Both the position numbers and the translations under genes were made by a program. This document shows, one piece after another, positions 24,201 to 36,549 of a stretch of DNA of 64,000 nucleotides. This DNA is from Raillietiella orientalis (taxonomy: Eukaryota). The stretch is from the NCBI GenBank assembly GCA_036172245.1, contig JAYWIR010000013.1, positions 3,782,001-3,846,000 of the forward strand. The letters are read 5' to 3'. Each line of letters starts with the position of its first letter. Position 1 is the first letter of the stretch. The notes beneath the pieces were generated by a model. It did no database searches. It was not told where the DNA came from and saw nothing but the letters and a program-made list of their open reading frames with translations.

Positions 24201-26450
24201 GATGGGGCGCGCGAGGACGAGCGTCCAACGGTAACCTGACAACACATCAGCGGAATTTCAAACTTGGCTTTCTCATTTAATCGCATCCCGGAGGGAATAC
24301 AAGGGCCAATTGCTGGACGCAGGCGTCCTTTGTCTCGGTTCTTTCGCCAAATTGCCCTGGCCGCTCTCTGGGAAGCTGGCAAATGGCGACGAAAGTATTA
24401 GAGCATGCACAAGAATGGTAAACATTTCTCGGTCTCCCTGACGTTTCCTATGATTAATTAAAGTGGGATTCTGCTGCCGATTCGGAAATAGCAGCCAGGA
24501 ATCTGGGGTAAGGCGGAATAATTCTGCCACGCTTCAGTAGCGGATCTACTCAATTATGCTCACGTGACCACCGGCTACGAAAGCTCTCGCGGGCCGGCGA
24601 TTTGCGGTGGTGGCTACAGGGACTGTGAGGGAGCGGAAAAGCTGGCAGAGACAGCTTCGCAGCTTTTTTCTGTAGAATGAGGATGCGAGGGCGCATCTCG
24701 AGTGGAAAATGCAAATAAGAATACTCCACACTCCGGTTTGGAGTGCCATGGAGTCAAAGTATCGGAGGATGAATGCTTTTTAAACACGTGCCTGATGGTG
24801 GCAACGACTCTTCCCTCAGAGAAAAGAAAACATACACACACACACACACACACACACATATGCAAAAGATCCGTCGGTTCAGCTCCAGCTCCAGGGAATA
24901 CGAAGACTGCACCGGAAGTTTCGGGGCAAGCCCAGCAACAAGGAGGCGAAACCGGAAAGAGACAGGTGGCACCCCATGGACCTACCCCGCCTTCGATGGA
25001 TCCCATATAGCATTTCAGCAACTGAAAGAATGCCATTCATTAAGCACTCGATCCCACTCTGTGTTTGTGACAACCTCTTTCAAGGTCGATGCCCGTAGAA
25101 CGTTTCCAAAAAACTCAAAAAGCGTGCCTTCTTTCGGATTCCCGATCTGATCTCTGGAAAACCCCACTTGAAGCATTTCGCAGGACGCCTGGCCGAAGAG
25201 AATTGTGGGAAAGGCAGACATCTGCACCGAGGAGCGACTGACTGCTGGCATCAATAAAACGAAACATGCATTTTTGCTGCAGAATTGTGATCTCACATCT
25301 GGAGTTCCCTGGAGTTCCCTTGCAGCAAAACTAAGGGCAGGTAAAGTCAGGATCCTGCATGGCGGCTCGCAGGGAATGCGAGGACCCTGCAAGAGAGAAA
25401 GAAAAATGCTCTCAGTTTCTGCTTCAGAATTCAACCCTCCACCACCTGGTCCGTGTGGTCAATGTCAGAAGGCGTTTCTTCGATTCGTTCGGATCTCGTG
25501 ACGAGCACTGAGTGTTGCTGAAGTCAGGGTGGACGACATGAACACCAGTCGTGTCTGAAGCACGCTGCTACTTCATCCTGACCAGTGAACGCCGTCTGAA
25601 AGACGCTCTTCTGCTTGCTGTTGTTGAGTAAGAATTTGTTGTTGCCACTTGATAAAGCACTGGTAGTAAGCTCTCTTGCTTAGTTGGCACGACTTGCACG
25701 CACCACTTGCACACCCTGTTTGGTCGGCATTGCATCCAGAGGGAATAACTGAGACGGTGCTCAAGAACAGATCCTTCAAGAATGTTCGTGAGTGTGGTTC
25801 CTTCGGAAGTCAAAGGTAGTCGCAGACTTGAAGCTGGCGATCCCAGCATCATAACCAAGCCTCCAAGCACAACTTCTTAGGAGGCGTTCTTTATTTCGAG
25901 ACACCCCATCTCGATGATCTCAGCGTTCGCCGTCTGCGCGCCTCTCGCTGCCATTTCGGTCGTTTCCACGACTTTGGATCCTTGGAAGAACTCTTCCAGC
26001 ATCCAGTCCATCGGACTGAAGGAACGTTCCTCTTGCTCCTTTCGAACCTTTCTTCAGAGTCAATCTTGGGATTCACGTGCAAACTCTCCTTCTCTCTCTC
26101 TCCCTCCTCTCCCCATCATCCCCAAGCCACTCAACTCATCTCAGTCGATGACCTCACAGGCAGCCCAATGTCGGATGAGGCTGAAAGCCATAGGCAGGTG
26201 TGTCGCTCTTGTATCACATCACTTGATGGCCACAAGGGACGAGTTGCTCCGAAAGCAGTTCTTGAGTCACCGCTTATTTCATCTTATGAGAAGCAGAGGG
26301 ATGAAGAAGAGGGATGCCCGTACGTGCTTTTGCGGGAAGGATGAAACGCTGCGGCGGTCTAAGCGGTGGTTTCGAAGAAAGTGATCTTGAAAGCAAGCAC
26401 TGACAGAAATTCTTGCTCAAAACCAGGGCTGGGATCAGTCCTTTTTTATC
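21300..26450 (-). mobile_element. Near full-length degenerate L1/Tx1-like LINE (ORF1, endonuclease, RT, C-terminus)
   Basis: Collinear minus-strand relics: 'RVCKWC' knuckle ~25700; 'FGNVLRA' (NVYA-like) ~25095; 'DVDYRK' (NxDYK) ~23500; 'VEKRR...DWKF' (DxEKAFDxVxWxF-like) ~23300; 'VSTGVPHPG' (GVRQG-like) ~23125; 'QADDA' (YADD) 22964-22977; 'QKGGLL' (GGLG) ~22515; 'ESLLAIF' ~21690. Confidence 0.75.
24834..24859 (+). repeat. (AC)n microsatellite
   Basis: Read directly. Confidence 0.95.
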
Positions 26451-26499
26451 CGTGCTTTGAAAGCTGAGGAGCGGCCAAAGAGTAAGAACACCAGGACGG

Positions 26500-28150
26500 C
26501 GCGCAGTGACCGAAGCCAACCTTCAAATCAGGGCGGAAAGAAGTCTTTCACTGATGTGCAAGGACCATTCCATTCTCACAGTTCTATTCGCCCAGCTTTT
26601 GCAGCATGCAAAGTGGGTCTTACCAACGGGTGATGGAGAACAGGATGCGCAGTGGGAAAAGCAAGCTTTTCCGATAGAAGGAAGGAGGAACAGAGTTCAC
26701 CACGTGACCAGCAGCTTCTCTGAACGCCGTGCAGCAAACCTCAGAATGGAAGAGACCCTCCTCCGCCGTCGAACGGTGGACGTAACGTCTGACTGGGTTC
26801 CATCTGCTCTTGGACAGGAGAGCACCTCCATTCTTGCGGCTTCGAGTCTTGGCCCACGAGCCGCGCCGGTTCTTCTCGGAGTGAGGAACTCTGGAGGACG
26901 GTATGTCGGAGGATCGCGGAGTCGCCATCGCGGTGATGACCTCGACTCTCCCGCCGGTCGGTTAGGGGTCTCTATGGGTTGCTGCAGACTTCTCGATCCT
27001 GTCTTTCCTACAGTGAGGGACTTTCTTAGAGAAGACGAGCACCAGGGTGCGCGTCCCTGGCATGTCTGTTCGGAAAGTACGATTCTGGCTGTTTCGACAT
27101 TCCAAAGTGGGAACTTTACGTCGAAGGACCTGTACTCTCAGTGTGGACTCCACGCTTGGGATCGACCAATCACTGCACTACCGTTCCAGGTGATCCGGAT
27201 GGATTCTGAGGGAGGTCGGGGACAGTTAGGTTCTCCGGGAGCAAGCAAGGAGAGTTTCGGAAATGACCCCGGACATGGTGCACGCCTGCACTGCTTCTTC
27301 CAAGGAAAACTAGCGTTTGGGCATCGCATCCGCATCTCCTCTCAATTCATCTTCTCCGCAAGTCCCTTCACTTTCCTGCAGCCGATGCTCCATTCTGGCG
27401 TTCAACAACCTCTCCTCCAGGAGTGCGACTTCCTGCTTGTGGTTTCCTCCATTAGAAGTGGGGGGTCTGCCTTGCTTCACAGGAGTGACGACCCATTTGA
27501 GAGTTGGTTTCTCTCCCAGGTCTCACCTCTTTGCTGCCCTCGAGTGGCCCTCTTCGTTTAGCGGACCGGTTCGCCTTCAAGGGGTGTTGCCTCACACCGC
27601 CGGCCATGTCTCCTTCCTTTCTTCTCGTTCGAAGGAGAGCTCAGAAAGCACTCTGGAGAGCGCCTCGTACGGGAGGAGGGAGGCTGAGGAAAGTCGCCTC
27701 TCGCAGGGAGCCGAAACAGGTCAGCAAGTCCTGTCCTCGTTCCTTCTGCGTAACTTGGTTTCCTGGATCATTCCTTTGGCTGCGCGCACACGTGGTCTCT
27801 GGCGATTCCGTGGCTGGCTTCGACGGCTCCTAGACAGCTCGAAAGCAGATTTCGGAGAGTCTAGAAATTCTGGGAGGCTGGAGGGAAGGAAGAGGATCGT
27901 GCCACTGTTACCCGTTCCGAGCCGCTCCCTCCGTCATGGACTTGCCCGTGTTTTTCCGGACTTCAGGATCGAGCAGAACGATCCTCAAGCGGGGAGAGAA
28001 CGAAGGTATTCAGTCGACGGCTTGCTTGCGGCGCTTCGTTGCAGCTCGGGAGGGGGCCACTGGTCCGTGGGCTGGGCAGGCAGCCCGTCAAAAAGTTCCT
28101 GACCTGCCGCTAACCTCGTCCTTTGTCGTTGGCCGTACCACCGTCGCCGT
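26500..28150 (-). mobile_element. LINE 5' fragment (ORF1-like plus endonuclease), lacking RT
   Basis: 'LWNVE' (WNVxG-like) ~27100, 'RKNGGALL' (GVAxL) ~26825, 'VVNSVPP' (NVYAP-like) ~26695 and 'LGE*N' (GDFN-like) ~26590, in the expected order. Confidence 0.6.
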
Positions 28151-28599
28151 ACCTAAAAGATCTTCCTCCTCCTTCTCCCTGAGCAATACTCTCTGACGTT
28201 TCCCGGTCGGGTTAAGCCACGCAGACTGGTCCCATTCCTCGTCTTTCTTTTGGTACGCTTCACGTTCCTGGTCCCGTTGTGCTCCCTACCCCTGCGGACA
28301 AGCTCGTCCTTCGGTCTCGGGCGCGAGTCATCCGGTCACCGGACGACGGCCGTTCCCGCGGGCGAGGAGGCAAGAGAACTCAGGGAGAGGAAGACATCCA
28401 CTCCCGCATAGTTTTTTCTTCTGCTTCCTGTTTCTCCCTTCTGGATATTTTCATCACAGACCTGGCTGTCCCGTTGTCCTGGGCGGTGACGACCTGCAGA
28501 TTTTACAGATCGGCTGATGCCCGAGGTTGATTTCGACCCTCACCCGCTGAAACCTTCACTGAACTCAGAGCACCCGGGACTTTCGTCAGGACGCATCGG

Positions 28600-30590
28600 T
28601 TCCGTGCACTCCATCACCGGCTCTCTGTTCTATCATCACCAAAGCGGAACGCAAGAGGCAGAACGTCGGTCGACTTAGAAGACGAAACACAGTCCACGAT
28701 GCTGGTGAGCTTTCGACCTTCCATTTGGGAATCTCTGCCTAGACCTTCCCCTTCTCCCACCCTGTGAGACAGCACACAGTTCCTCTGGATCGGGCCAGGA
28801 CATTTTCAGGCGGCGGCAGCGTGCCACCGGATGACTTTGAGAATCGATTCGAGGGCAATCGGCTTTTCCGGGTGAGCAGCCCAAGTTTGTGCACCCTCAG
28901 CGTCCCGTTCTCAACTCCCGCTTCCATCCCATCGTCATCCCAGAAAAGCAAAGCACTTGGCGACTGCCTTCAAACTTTCCGTGGTGCCCGCGAACACGAG
29001 GAGGGGAAGAGTCCTCCCTTTCTTCACTTTGGGTTGTGGACCCATCTCGTTTCACCCTCCTTTCTCGTAAACCCTCGACCGTCTCCCACACCAGAAAGGG
29101 GGTGAAGGGAGCTCATTTGCGGAAGCTTACCTGGATGATCGGCTGCTGATCCTTGCCTACAACAAACTGAGGGAAAGTGCGCCTCAACTGTACCGTGTGA
29201 TTTCGGATGTTGGATTTGAAGAGGAGAAGTAAAGTGCCCCGCGTGTCTCAGGTGAACTGCGAGAGGACGCTCCGTGTTCAAGAGTTCAAGAGGGGGCTCC
29301 AGGGTTCGTTGGAAGGCTGCTAAGAAAGCTGATACGTCCTTCGCAAAATTTCCTGGTGATTCATTCTCGTTACCTTCTGGTGAGTGCTGGAAGGAAGCAC
29401 CGAGGTCCTCGAAGACTGATGGTACGTTGCTACATTTATGGCATGAAATGTCGAGCAGATTTCCTAGGATTCACCAGCATCAACGTGTTCCTCTGACGGT
29501 TTTCTCCGTTGCGGCAACCTTTTTAATCTCCTGCTTCCATTCTTTAGGACGGCGCTGCTAGCTCGTGTGCTTAAATGAGTTCTGAAACTGCAGTCACTCG
29601 ATTTGAAGAGATGGAATACTCATATGTGCGAGGAATTTATCTGCAGCAGCGGATATGTGATTGCGCCAAAGCCACCCGTTGGAGCTCACGGTAGGAGAGA
29701 GAAAACCGAAGGACTTGAGCAGGATGCTGGTCAGAATCCATCTGTGGGAAAGATCCATTCAATTTCTACATGTGGATCAAACCTGAAAGCCCAGCGGAGT
29801 TTCGAAACATCAGGCTGGACCCAAGAAACAGAAAGTGAGTGCAGCAAACATTCGAGTCAGGCTCTATCATCTAGAAGACCTTGGAGATGCAGACTTGCTT
29901 GGCGTTGCACTCTGGAGTAGAAGAGACGACTCATCAAAGAGAAAACTCCGATGGGCTTCCCGAGTCACTTGGTCTTAGTTGGATTGGTGACTTAGGTGGA
30001 TGACAACCCTTCTAGCAATTCTTTTTCAATTTTCAAGGTGCGTTCTGTTCGCCGTTTTCACGGTTTCCCAGCTGCTTGCCAACTTGGAGACAAGTGCAAA
30101 AGACATCTTTTATGTTCCGGAAAAAGAACTACAAGAAAGCAAGGATCTTTGGGAATATAATGGGAATATTATCTGTTATAAGGGTAGAGGATCGTTGCTC
30201 ATTTTCCTCTTCTGCTGCCGATCTTCACGGTGCACTGTCGCGCAGCGGCGTGCAGATCGTTTGCAGCTGGAGAGCTGCTGGGGGGAAGGCAAGCGACTTT
30301 TCCAGCCCTTTCGCTTTCGCGGTACCATCAAGAGGTCGATCATCGACGTTCTGCCACCGGCCAGAAGCGATGTCCGTCAGACAGTCGATGACCGGCAGCA
30401 GAAGGAGGTTTCCCTCTTTCTGTTTGTCGAAAGCAAAGAGCTACGTCACGCAGCTCGATGCGTTTGTGTCCTGCCCTTTGTTCGAGCGCCCCTCGCTGCG
30501 GCCCCCATCCTTCACCGACCCTCTGAGCAGAACCAGATCCCCTCCCAAGTTTGTACCGCGACTCCGGTCCTAAAGACAACCGCCTCTTGC
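28600..30590 (-). mobile_element. LINE internal fragment (endonuclease tail, linker, RT N-terminal half)
   Basis: 'KRIEL' (SRID-like), 'LSDGH' (SDH-like), 'GWKS' (GxWKxN-like), 'SWETVK' (WExxK), 'ESPG' ~29350 and 'GRSRQRFP' (GxRQGxP-like) ~28740. Confidence 0.55.
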
Positions 30591-30776
30591 TGTGATGGAC
30601 CGGGAAGCAGCGCAAGTCGGAGGGGCCTGTGGTCCAACCTGTCCTTTCCAGATGAAAAAAACCCTGCCGCATCAGCGGTGCGCACGGTACGGTGAGATCC
30701 ACCACGGCAGCAGAGGGGAGGGGGCAGACGGAAAGAAAAAGAAACCAAAATCAAAACAAATAAATGAATTTGAGGT
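30214..30776 (+). repeat. Segmental duplication copy 1 (~560 bp; partner 35251-35802)
   Basis: Near-identical to 35251-35802. The ORF track gives identical peptides over more than 120 codons. Confidence 0.97.
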
Positions 30777-31260
30777 GGGGATGGACGGGGGGCTGGAGGA
30801 AGGGATCACGTTCTTCTGGGGGCGGTTCTCTGCATCCTTTGGAAGATGCCGGCAAGGTCTTGCTGGATGTTGTAATCCAGGTGGAGCCATCTCTCAGGAA
30901 GCGGACGGCGAAGTGGAGGTGGCACCCCTGTCGCTTGGTCCTCCTCTTGAGTCGCTCCAGCTAACAACGGTCCGCATAGGCAGCAGAGAGCTGCCAGCGA
31001 GGCTGCCGGCTGAAGGGCGTCGCGTAGGAGGAGGGGGCCGCAAAGCGTCCCTGGAGTTGCCACCGGGGGATCCTCAGGGTTGCCGCAAAGCGTTCCCAGA
31101 TGGGCCGGAGGGCAACACGATCCATTAGCAGGTGCGGGAAGGATTCGTCGGGAGAGGCGCAACAGTCCGCTGTACCGCGTCGAAGAGACCTCGCAAATTG
31201 CAGGAACACGTGAGCGGACGAACCCGGGAGGTCAGGTCGAAACTTCGGCCGCATCTGGTG
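30590..31260 (-). mobile_element. LINE family A 3' fragment
   Basis: 'DESFPHLLMDRVALRPIWERF' (ESxxHLL...IW), 'ERWLHL' and 'DLAGIFQRMQRTAPRRT*', then the CTGCTGCCGTGG tail motif at 30702-30713. Confidence 0.8.
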
Positions 31261-33299
31261 CTGCGGAAAAAGAAACGGGTCACTGCTATCATCGACACCT
31301 CCGTGGGCTTACGCTTCCCTTCTTCTCCAGAGCGACACAGTCCTGGGTATGGGTGCTAATGGCAGCCTCCTCTGCGGTATCGTGGGACTGGAGAAACGGC
31401 GAAGTCCTTCAGGAGATCGACTTCTCTCGCTGGTGAGTCCAACTCTATGAGATGCATTGCGGTGACCTGTAGCAACCAATTAAAAATGTCCAAGGGTGCC
31501 CTGTCACCCGGAGACCGGCGAAGTCCTGGTTTTCCTTTCGTAGAGGACCGGCGCCTGGGATACGTACGAAGGAAAATTGTCGAGGAAACGGTGGGATGGA
31601 CGGTTTCGTGCTCCGGCGCTGATCGGGAAGGATCACGCAGCGCATTCCTTTCCTCTTCCCTGCCTTTCTCCCTACGATCCAGAATCCCCGCGTTCCGGTA
31701 CGACAAGGAGCTTCCCGGAAGCGGAATGCAACCGGGAGAACTGAAAGGTGCACTCTGAGGCATGCAGCTCCCCACTCCCCAGTCCCCGATCTGCGAGGTG
31801 ACGCACAGATGGGTGGATTTCGTTCCACTCCACTTCCCCCTTCCTTCCCCACGCTTTCGCAGCATGCGTCCTTTTCTCCCGTAATTTCCAGATCCGCGCT
31901 TCCCGAAGAGGAGAGATGTCTGGGAGGTCGTGGCCGCAATTGTAGATGCAGTTCTCTCCATCAGCACGTTGCGTGGAAACAGAAGAGAGAAAAAATCGAA
32001 AACAGATCCCGCGGATGCTTTTTATTTTTTTCCCTTCTTCTTCAAAATTCCACGGCTCGAATCGGTACAGCGGTCTCCTCCCGCCGGTGATTCGTTCTGC
32101 CCACTAAATCCCCTATTTACAGAAACCGAGGGCATCACAAAATGGGTGAGAAGTCCCCCCCTCCCCCCCTCCTTACATTTCATCACTGAATAAAAGATGG
32201 GTGCGGTCGGATTTCCTGAAGCAGCGCACTTCCTATCCCTAATTGGTGACCTTTGGAGATTTATAGCGATGCACCCATTGCGTGGCTCCGCAGATCGAGA
32301 ATTAAGCCGCATCATTGCGCCTGTATCGGAGCAACCACTCCCGGAGGCTGCGACATTTTTTTTTGCCTTCGCACCGTCATTTCGACGCATCTTCGTTTTG
32401 CTCCCCCCCTCCCTTTCGTGAACAATAAAAAAAAAACCTTTCGAGTCGGGATGCGGGTCCAGACTGCCTCCAGCATCCCGAAACATGTGCGCGCGCCGAT
32501 CTCCTATGCAGCAGCGTAGGGAAAATTAACCGTCCGCAGTGAGGCGACCGCCGGCCATTACGGGGGCCATTCGGTCGTGACGCGGCAGGAATGATTTTTC
32601 CGGGGTCTCCGAGAGCGCTTGCGCTGGCGACGAGGAGAGACCGCTAAAAATAGCAGTCGCCCCCCGCCTTCTGGCGACGCGCTCCCGTTGCCTGGCAGGA
32701 AGGTTGCGCGGCAACGAGGAGGCCTCCGAGTTCCGGATCCCCTCCCCCCCTCTCGAGTCTCCTCCTCTGTGCCGCCGTTTCGCAGAACGGTCGGCGGGCG
32801 CCCCCGTTCCAAACCGGGATCGAACACCCTTCCTTGAGCTCCTTCGGGAGCAACGTCCCCGGCCCCCTCGGTCATCCGGGGACTCCGCCCCCTGCCATCA
32901 CGATCTACGCGTCAGCTCCAGGCCCGCCACCCCCGCTCCTGAAAGCACTCCGAGCCACCTCGGACCTCTCTCTCCTCCCTCCCGTTCAGCCGACGCAGCC
33001 TCCCGTCCGGCGGAGGGGACGCGGGCGCGCTCCCGAGCGGAACGCAAGAAGTGGAACGGCGCGGGAGGCGAAGCGCCGCCCGCGGCGCTCGGGAGCGCCT
33101 CACGCCGCTCCGATTCTGGAACCACCTCCCTTTCCGCTGCCCCGTCCCACGGCGCGTGGGGAACCCTGAGCATCTCCGGTTTGGACCGCGACCCACGCAG
33201 CGGAACGGCTGCGCACTCCTGGCGGCGGGCACGCGAACCGCGCGGGAGGAGGAGGGACGGACGTTCGGCACTCCGGGGTGGGGGCAGCACGGCGGATGG

Positions 33300-34600
33300 C
33301 CCTTCGGCACCTGCCGGGCCAACCCTCGTGACTCGGGAGGGCAGAACTGCGCGTGGGCGGACTCTGCGGATCGCCCGCACGGCTGCGGTGTCGGGGAGTC
33401 GTGGGTCCGAATTCCTCCGGAAAATGGGATTTGTAGGACGACGTTTGTTGGAATTCGGGTGCCCTCGTCGACTGGCTGGGATTGGAATTCGGCCCTCCGG
33501 GTCCTTTCAGACACCAAGGAGCGGAGAAGGCGCTCGCCTTCTCCCCTCGGGGGGAGACCCTTCATCGCGTGACCTGCAACTGGCTGACAGCACCCTTGCG
33601 GGGTTGCATCTCCCGAGTGCTACAGAAGCATTGTGTTCCTTCCGAGAAGCGTCCCTTCGGGGGGTTGGAGTGGATCTCTTCAGAGTGGATCCTTTCCGGC
33701 AGTCCCTCCGGAGAAGAAATGCTGGGAGAGGTTGCCCCCCCTACCTGGGGAGTCCCTCCGGAGGGTGAATGAAGACGAGGCGATTTCCTTTGGGGGTTCC
33801 CTCCTAAGCGTGGGAGGAACAAGGACCCCTTTCTCTGAAGCCTCCCTGAATTCAATAAGGTGGTGGTCCTCCTTGGTTTACTCTCTATAACTTGAAGGGT
33901 TACACACGACGTCCCTCGGGTGGCGTGGACATTGCTCAGAGGGGCTGCAGTCCAGCAAGGAAGAGCGCGGAGAGCGTGGCAGTCGTGCTCGTAGGGAGTC
34001 GAGCCGAAAGGGTTCAAAGATCTGGACAGCTGTTCTCGAGGGAAGAGACGGGAGGAGCCGGAACAAAACGGGGATGTGCAACCAAAGAAGGAAGGCACGG
34101 CTGGAAGGATGGGCTCGATGGGGCGCTCGAAGGTGGGAGGAGGAGCCTCGAAGTTTCCGTGCGGTGCCTAGCAGGCCGGTGGCGCATCCTCTACCAGCAC
34201 GTGGATTTTCCTCTGCTCTGGCGTCAGGAAAGCGTGGAACGGGAGGTTGGGGGGAAGGAAGGTGACCCGGGGCCCTTCCCCGCGTAGGTTCCTTGTGGCC
34301 GAATGAGGACGTCTCAGACGATGGGCTCGGATAGCGGGGTGAAACCCCGGTTTCCAGTCCAGAATTCCCTGGAGTCCTCGACCTTCGAGAACCTCCGCTG
34401 GATCTCCGTGGCTATCTCGCGGGTATTCCAGAAAGGAAGAGTGTGAATCCTGGAATTGTCTTGGAAGCACCAAACCACCCAAGACACGCCGCAGAAGTTT
34501 CGGCATCTTGCACTTCTGGAGGTTCCCAACGTGTAGGCCTTTCCTTCGTTCCGACGCAAAAAGGAGCCTCGGCCCACGTGGTCCCCATCTGCCCCGCAAC
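33300..34600 (+). mobile_element. LINE ORF2 C-terminal fragment
   Basis: 'RWRILYQH' (WRxLH-like) ~34180 followed by a degenerate Cys motif. Local similarity to ~44.4 kb. Confidence 0.4.
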
Positions 34601-34699
34601 TGCTCCCGTCACCCCCATCCTCCAACTCCGACCCCAGCCGCGTGTCGTCGTACAGATGAGCCATAACTTGGTGGTTCCGTAATAGGTGTGGTTCCACCG

Positions 34700-35220
34700 C
34701 CAACATAAAGCACAGGAGATGCAGTTGGTGATACTGACAATCCCTTACATGGTGGTGGCGACGTTGGCGCTACCGCTGTCTGCAAAGCGGGTTTTTGGAC
34801 CTGTGCGCTTTTCACAGAATGCATGATAACAGGAGGTTGTGTGATGGCTTGATGAGTGCTGAGTGGGAGCGACGCGGGTCGACAAGATGCAGGAGGTGGA
34901 GATGCGACATGGCGACATATGGCGATTTTCTTTTTTCTGGTAAAGTTGGACCTACTGCGGCGGAGGGCTGCAGAACAGCGGCAGGCTTGGAACCCAGTTC
35001 CAATCATTCGGTTCCAGGGGCTCGCGAACCCCCCGGAGGCCAAAACCTCTTGCACAAAGGGCTGTTCGCTTCCTCCATCCAGCCCCGAGTGGTTTCCGTG
35101 TAGATTTCGCTCCGACGAGGGGTCGCGTGGACCACGCCGCTTGCAGCGCGCGCTTCCCGTGGAAAGGACCGTCTTGAGAGATGCGCGTCGCGGCGATGCT
35201 GGGGGGTTCACACGTCCTGT
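34700..35220 (+). mobile_element. Possible LINE endonuclease fragment
   Basis: 'YGDFLF' (GDFN-like) ~34920 and a 'DH' (SDH-like) ~35130. Weak. Confidence 0.3.
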
Positions 35221-35250
35221 TCAACTTTTTCTCAGTTCATCGTCCTCTCA

Positions 35251-35802
35251 GCTGCCGATCTTCACGGTGCTCTGTCGCGCAGCGGCGTGCACATCGTTTG
35301 CAGCTGGGGGGAAGGCAAGCGGCTTTTCCAGCCCTTTCGCTTTCGCGGTACCATCAAGAGGTCGATCATCGACGTTCTGCCACCGGCCAGAAGCGATGTC
35401 CGTCAGACAGTCGATGACCGGCAGCAGAAGGAGGTTTCCCTCTTTCTGTTTGTCGAAAGCAAAGAGCTACGTCACGCAGCTCGATGCGTTTGTGTCCTGC
35501 CCTTTGTTCGAGCGCCCCTCGCTGCGGCCCCCATCCTTCACCGACCCTCTGAGCAGAACCAGATCCCCTCCCAAGTTTGTACCGCGACTCCGGTCCTAAA
35601 GACAACCGCCTCTTGCTGTGATGGACCGGGAAGCAGCGCAAGTCGGAGGGGCCTGTGGTCCAACCTGTCCTTTCCAGATGAAAAAAACCCTGCCGCATCA
35701 GCGGTGCGCACGGCACGGTGAGATTCACCACGGCAGCAGAGGGGAGGGGGCAGACGGAAAGAAAAAGAAACCAAAATAAAAATAAATAAATGAATTTGAG
35801 GT
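35251..35802 (+). repeat. Segmental duplication copy 2 (partner 30214-30776)
   Basis: Direct comparison. Weaker similarity continues to ~35860. Confidence 0.97.
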
Positions 35803-36549
35803 AGGTGGTGGTGGTGGTGGGGAAGGCATCCCGTTCTGCTGGGGGCGGTTCCGCTGATGCCGGGAAGAGCTCCTCGAAATGACCTACTTGTCGGAATGGG
35901 GTATGAGGCCGAGATCCACCCAGGCTTACCTGAAAGTCCGTGCGGTCCAGACGCTGTCATTCGTCGCGCCTCGGACTTTCAACGGCCGGTCTCTCTTCGC
36001 CTGCTCCAGAAGTGGTCCAGATCGGAAACGTGTTGATGCCTTCCATCCCCCCATACGTCTCTCCTGTTTAGTGAAATTCCCTGTTTTTTTTTTTTCATGA
36101 CAAAGAAGTCTTTTCGGAAAAGAAGAAAAATCTGTAGCCGTGCTCTTCTGCAAACAACGTCTGATTTTTCGACACTCCGGTGCGTCTGTTTCTGTCCATT
36201 TCTCTCCGCGAGTGCCACCGCAGATTAATCGTCTGGAAATAAAATCGACATCCATGGCAAATTCCGCGAGACAGTAATCAAATGCCTGTCTTTTCCTCTC
36301 TCTCTCTCTCGAAAGTCCATCCCAAGGGAAGGAAAAAAAAAAAAAAAAAAAAATGCTCGAGTTTCGGCGGGCAGGCATTTAAAATTTCCGTAAAAACGAC
36401 CATCACGATATTCGCAGCATCATTTCCACCCACGCAGCTATTTTGCTTTAGTCCGGAGTCATTTCGGTCGAGCAGAAACACCATTAATTTTTTTTTTTTT
36501 TTGGGGGGGGAGGGGGGGTTTCCAGGAAATAGAGAGCACGTCTGCGGAG

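Noticed and set aside
26506..27561. 351-aa plus-strand ORF
   Set aside because: Antisense to a LINE endonuclease relic, with no recognisable motifs in the plus frame.
28459..31432. Assignment of the candidate exons to a named WD40 gene
   Set aside because: The resemblance is too short and needs a frameshift, so no gene symbol can be supported.
32704..33768. 354-aa plus-strand ORF
   Set aside because: GC-rich low-complexity frame starting at a non-ATG codon, with no protein family signature.
30214..35802. LTR retrotransposon suggested by direct repeats 5 kb apart
   Set aside because: No clear TG...CA termini, PBS, PPT or gag/pol seen. The repeat consists of LINE pieces that continue seamlessly beyond copy 1.
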